In this document: piece by piece, positions 58,535-64,000 of the stretch
How the letters are laid out: the number at the start of each line of letters is the position of its first letter
Position numbering within the stretch: position 1 is the first letter of the stretch
Assembly: GCF_033153115.1 (NCBI RefSeq)
Contig: NW_026889779.1
Coordinates: 35,216,001 to 35,280,000, forward strand
Origin: Saccostrea echinata
Lineage: Eukaryota
Direction: 5' to 3'
Length of the DNA stretch: 64,000 nucleotides
Notes under the pieces: model-generated
Seen by the model: only the letters and a program-made list of their open reading frames with translations
What the model was told of the DNA's origin: nothing
Database searches by the model: none
Position numbers and translations under genes: made by a program

Positions 58535-59469
58535 TTCTGTAACTGTATTGACTGTATGTTATCAAATATTTCAGAAAATCTTCGCTCAGCGAAAATCACG
58601 TCTTATCTCAACAAATGATGCTGAAACAATGAGCTGTAACCAAAACACATCACACAGCCTAGCAATCATGACGTCATCACCAAGACGACAACCAATGAAA
58701 TTATTATCCTATTTCGGAGGTAGAAAGAACTCACATGGAGGTAGGAACCGGGGGGGGGGGGGACGGGGGGCCGTGTCCCCCCAGTAATTTTGCCAATGTA
58801 TAGAATACTATAGAAAACTTAGCTACTATATGTTTGTGCCCCCTCAATAAAAACGGCTGATGCCCTTTTTTTCTTTTTTTTTTCTTTTGCTTGTCAAGGA
58901 ATTTTGGTAGTTGATAGTGCCCCCTCAACTGAAAATGTTTGGCTGTGCCCCCCCCCCCCCAACTGAAAATGCTTCCTACGGGCCTGACTCATCCCCCTAC
59001 CCCATTCTTAGAAAACGTTAATCTTTAAATGTAGTGATAAAAAGCATATACATATACTTTCACGTCTTTAAAAAAAAAAATCCAAGTCGCAAACTGTATC
59101 CTCGAATACGCAGTACTTAGTCTGCGCTTAGGAACGACCATTTTGATTGTGGAGGGGGGGGTTATCGCCAACACCCCCCCCCCCCCAACTTCGTCACTTT
59201 TGGGTAACTCCGCGCTGTTTGTATACAAATGCGATTGTGACGATTACTGAAAATCTACAATCAAATGCCGAGAAATCATTTCTGTCAAATTCAAGAATGC
59301 GTCAAAAATTACACGTGATCTTTTGTATCTATCATATTTTATGTGAAATCAGTAAGCACTTTTTCTCTTTATGCGCTATTCCATCGATACCTTTGACATT
59401 TGCGTCAATATGCTCATTTTTACATGTCCGTCATATTTTTGAAGGTCTTAATAGTCAGATAGTCAGCGG

Positions 59470-61585
59470 TCATACCAATCGAGCTATTCAGGCAATGCCG
59501 GTAAAAGAAGGTTTAAATTTTTATATGAACCAGGTTGTCAAAAACAGGTTTCCTTATTTTTAAAAGTTTTTTGTGAATTTCGTCCGCAGGGCAGGAATGT
59601 CCTAAAAAATCATGTCTTAAATTATTCATTAGATCACAACCTATCAAAATATTATAATTTTATTTAGGGGCAGACCTACCCTGAAGGACTTCTAGGTCAG
59701 AATTCATGCAAAAAATCAGTGCTTTATCGGAGAAAATGCTGTTTTGGAGGTTAATTGAAAAGTTGCAAATGAAAAAAAATTAGGTTCAAAATTCAAGTTT
59801 GCAAAATTTAGACATATATAAGGAAGAGTGCAACTAATGAACATTGATTTTAAAAAAATTATGACTTTTTCCGAGAAATTGGTCTCTTCTTGAAATTCCT
59901 AATACATCCTTTGTAAAACCCAAGTACCAAAAACTCCTCTGATTTTTGTAATATGGAAATTTTATGCATTGTCCAAGAACTTTCTGAGCTTTGTTATCCA
60001 AGAAATTTGTTGCATTTAGGTCTTAAGAAATGAAAAAAAAAAATTAACTTCCTTTTTTTGTGTCGGAAGTATGTCTTTCTTAAGGTCCATCATCCCTCTC
60101 TTCACTCACACAAAATTTTGTTTTAATGCTAATGATTTTCAATAAAAGAAATCTAATATTCATAATTAAAATGTACACACTTTCGGTATACCTTGAGGGG
60201 TAAAAGAAAGGCTTCTATATAATTGGGGCGCCGACTAGGAGCGGGTTGGGTCTTAGTCTTTACAAATTTCTGTTCCGGTTAAAGACTTCAGGCTTCATTC
60301 ATATACTAATTCGTTTCTCATGAATTATTTTATTTCAGTATGCAGAGATAGAAGGGACCTTTTTCATAAACATTAACTATATATAGCATGCCAATGTCAA
60401 CGCATTTTGAGTTTGTGATCTCAAAATGTTTTTTTGATATTTTTTCTTTACTTTTCATTTTACATAATGGTAATGTCGATAGTCTTAACTTTTTTCTTGA
60501 TGCGTGTTTATTTTACAACACATTTCCGTGGATATATAATAAAAGCATGTCATAAATGTACACAAATTATATAAATGAAATCTAAGGGAGTGCAGATACC
60601 GATATATATGTAGTCCTACTGGTTAAAAACTTGAGGTCTGAATTAACATTGAATCAGTATATGTATGTAGTTCTAAATATATTTTATTATAAGCTCAGAT
60701 AATACAAGCAATACGTATACTTTCCAGTGCAATAACCCATACAAGTAGTAGTAGTACAGACGGAATAAAAGCAATGTAACGCATTGAATTGATTAAATTC
60801 TAATTCTTCTATAAAAAGAAACCCATCGCATCTCATTGCAGGCGAGAATAATTCTTGTCCTTGAAGAATGTGTGCTATACTGAGGTATAGCTCCGCTTGA
60901 CTGTGTTTTAGATACAGTGGAATTTACGATTTACTTTCTCTTTAGTGTCTTTTATATCAAGAATGAATATGCATAAAAGAAAGATAATTGAAGGAAAATA
61001 CAGAAGTCTATATTGAAAAAAGTCTTTGAAAAGATGAGAATTTAAAACTATAAAAGTGTGGCACCATGTGGATTCGAACCATGACTCTAAAAATGATATT
61101 CATTCCGCGGTGTTGAAACTTAGCTATTATACCAATCGATCTATTCTGACTATGAAAATAGCCGTTATAAATGTGAACCAGGTTGTCAAAAACAGGTGTT
61201 TTTTAAAAATATTTTTTGTAGTTTTTTTTTGTGAATTTCGACCCTAGGGAAGGGGTGCCCTTTAAAAAATCCTATCTTAAATTATTCTTTACATTACAAC
61301 CTATCAAAATATCATAATTTTATTTACAGGCAGTCCTATCCTGAAGGACTTAGAACTAGGCCAAAATATAGCAAAAATCGGTGCGTTAACGGGCTAAATG
61401 CTGTTTTTGGCCATCTTTGGAGATAATTTTAAAGTTGTAAAAAATAAATTTTAGGTTCAAAAATACAAATTTGAAAAATTTGGACATATATACGGTAGAA
61501 AGCAACTAATGAACATTGATTAAGTGTAAAGTTGTTCTTTCCAATAGGTCAGTTCCTTTGAAATTGTGAATACATCCTTTTACAC
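59470..61585. repeat. Two diverged direct copies of a ~440-bp sequence (59470-59912 and 61128-61580)
   Basis: Shared collinear blocks ATACCAATCGA, GAACCAGGTTGTCAAAAACAGG, CAACCTATCAAAATAT, CCTGAAGGACTT, GCAACTAATGAACATTGATT, AATACATCCTTT. Confidence 0.85.
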
Positions 61586-62344
61586 AAATGGCCTTTATCT
61601 TGAAATTTTATAAAGAATAATAGACAATTATATCACTGGGAGTTATCTCTCTTAGCTGAGGGTCAATGCATCTTAATCTGTCATCTAAGAAGCATCATAT
61701 ACACGTACCATGTACCGTTTTTTTTTCTGTTTGAATACATGTATTTATAATTGTGATAAAACTTTGTATTAGCAAATAACGAATAGTAATAAAAGGTGTG
61801 AATTAATCTGGGACACAATTTACATAGTTAGCATTTGACTTGACTCTCCATTATTACGCAATGCATGATGGTTGGCTATGATAGATGGTGCCAATGCATA
61901 ATAAAGAGAATGAATTGGGTAAAAAAGGGCACCGCAGAGCGGAGTATTTCCTTCCCAAAACACATCGATCCCGATATAAATTATTACTTCCGAAACTTTC
62001 GTTACGCACATACTCACTTACACCTAGTATATCCCCTACTACTTTGTTGCTAGACTAGATAAAAAAAATGTGTCTTGTTTACTGACAACACACAGAGATA
62101 ACTCTAATGGACAACCCGTTTTTATGGACTGGCATATAGAAGCTGCCTTAAACATGTTCTGTGATTAAAATGAGATGGCGGTGTTTCTGGTGCTGTGACA
62201 GTACATATTGTCGTTCTGTCCATATTATCACAGTGTAAAATTCATGGTTTCAGAAAACTTTTTTTTTTTACTTTACTTTTCAATTTCTTGCTTATGTCAT
62301 ATTTTTCATCTCTCACAATATGTTTAACAAAGCTAATTGTTTAA

Positions 62345-63100
62345 TTAACTTTTCACATTTCAGCTTCTTCTCTAGAACTACTTCGGCCAATTTCAACCAA
62401 ACTTGCCAAAATCATCAGGATAAAAGGGATTCAAGTCAATTTAAATGAAGGATCATGCCCTTTTTCAAGGGAAAATAATGAAGAATTAGTGAAAATTTAA
62501 AAATCTTCTTCTCAAGAACCACAGTGTCAGAAAACTGTGTGTTGAAACTTATATAAAAGCTTCATTATAAAGCATAAACTCAATTTTGTTGAGATCATGA
62601 CCACCGGGTGGGACTACAGTAGGTGATCAAAGTTTTACATAGGAATGTATTAGGAAAAATCTTCCAAAATCTTTTTCTCAAGAACTACTGGGCCAAAAAA
62701 GTTGATACTTATGTGAAAGCTTCATTAAATAGTGTACATTCAAGTTTGTTCTAATAATGACCCCAAGGGATAGGGTGGGGCAACAATGGGCGTTCAAAGT
62801 TTTACATAGGAATATATATTATACAGAAAATCTATAAAAATCTTCTCAAGAACAGCAAGTCCACGAAAAGTCATGTTTATATGGAAGCATCCTCAGGTAG
62901 TATATATTCAAGTTCTTTCAAATCATGGTCCCCGGGTCTAGGTTGGGGCCACGATGGTCTATCAAAGTTTTACATAGGAATATTTGTGGGAAGAGTAGCG
63001 GATCAGAAACCCCTGGCTGACGAAGAGGTATAGGAACATTCTTTAAAAATCTTTTTCTCAAGAACAGTAAAACAATGATCAGTCGTATTTATATGGGAGC
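62345..63100. repeat. Satellite-like units of the same type as in 12946-14367, reverse orientation
   Basis: TCTCAAGAAC..., CAAAGTTTTACATAGGAAT recurring about every 170 bp (~62628, 62796, 62963). Confidence 0.7.
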
Positions 63101-63897
63101 GAGCATTGTCATATTATGACATGTGACATGTACTGATGGACGACAATATGTACAGTGAGGGTAGGTAAACATTTGTCGCCGGTGCAACGACGAAAAGTGA
63201 CCCCCGTAGAATATTGACCGGGGATCATTTTTCTATGTAGAAATTTGACCCCCTGGTCAATATTCTACGTAGAAAAATGACCCATGTTTTCGTAGAAATT
63301 ATGGTCTTTGGGTCATTTTTCTCCGTGTGGATTGTAGAAAAATGACACCATAGAAAAACGACCCTCTGTCATTTTTTGATAAAATATGGTTTTGTAAAGA
63401 AATTTTTTGTTAGGCAAATACAAGAGGGGTCATTAAAATCACAGAGTCTTATTATATGAAGTGTTCATTTCTAAAAGCTTTAAAGTTTAAATAACAAAAT
63501 TAAAAGGTATTACTGTACTTTACATAAATAATACAAGGTGGTTTATCCCATTTAAAGGAAAACATAACAAGGATATAATACTTAAGAACAAGAATACGCG
63601 CTTTCTTTAATTTCTTTTATCACATTTCAGGTTTTCCATCCCTAATAGGGCCAAAGTCTCTATCCTTAAATTTCATCATGTACATAATACTTTGATATTA
63701 ATTTAAAGCATTTTTTAGTACAAAAGGATTTACCGAGAGAAAGTTTCAAAAATGTAATTTACTAAGCAGTAATTAATTAACAAAAATTGCTTTGAAGTCT
63801 ATGGGGACAAGAATTCTTTTAAAAATTCAAATAATAATATCAATAAACATTGCGGTAGAAAGATGCATTAAACATTAGAAATAGAATGACAATTGAA

Positions 63898-63939
<42 letters not shown>

Positions 63940-64000
63940 CAGATAAGTTTTTAAGGTTAATTTTTTATTAATTAAAAACAGATAACTCTTACCAAAATTC

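Larger units (their letters stand above)
56390..58728. repeat. Tandem segmental duplication, two ~1.1-kb copies (56390-57510 and 57615-58728)
   Basis: Both copies begin TTTTCATTAAAAGGCCGGTCCC and end TTATCCTATTTCGGA(A/G)GTAGAAAGA and are collinear throughout; offset about 1.2 kb. Confidence 0.95.

Noticed and set aside
59147-59563. 138-aa ORF
   Set aside because: Non-ATG start within G/C-run repeat sequence, overlapping the direct repeat.
61820-62130. Possible exon or promoter (YY1-like AGATGGCG near 62113)
   Set aside because: No linked exons or recognisable protein within the window.
63195-63375. Short AGAAAAATGACCC repeats in both orientations
   Set aside because: Look like subterminal repeats of a DNA transposon end; the partner end is not visible, so the element cannot be delimited.

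Overview
AT-rich, intron-containing animal genomic DNA. It is most likely a bivalve mollusc (oyster-like), inferred from the frequent TACATGTA motif and from Helentron-type interspersed elements carrying internal satellite arrays. I assembled seven spliced protein-coding genes by hand, checking splice sites and frames. (1) A DOK4/5/6-like PH+PTB adaptor (-, runs off the left edge). (2) CCDC102A/B (-). (3) APRT (+). (4) An unknown two-exon 156-aa gene nested on the same strand inside APRT intron 2. (5) NEDD8 (-). (6) TARDBP/TDP-43 (+). (7) An unknown ~612-aa low-complexity gene (-) whose ten introns are all phase 0 and whose promoter and first exon are tandemly duplicated. The rest is non-autonomous DNA transposons (Helentron-like elements, MITEs), a tRNA-derived SINE and simple repeats. 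The most interesting signal is at the 3' end of TARDBP. An internal splice donor in the last coding exon, a GAAUG/UG-rich tandem array and a strong downstream acceptor together would give a 298-aa isoform lacking the low-complexity tail, which looks like an invertebrate version of TDP-43 autoregulatory splicing. The nested orphan gene and the CCDC102-DOK gene order shared with human are also notable. No database searches were run; family names come from recognition of the sequences.
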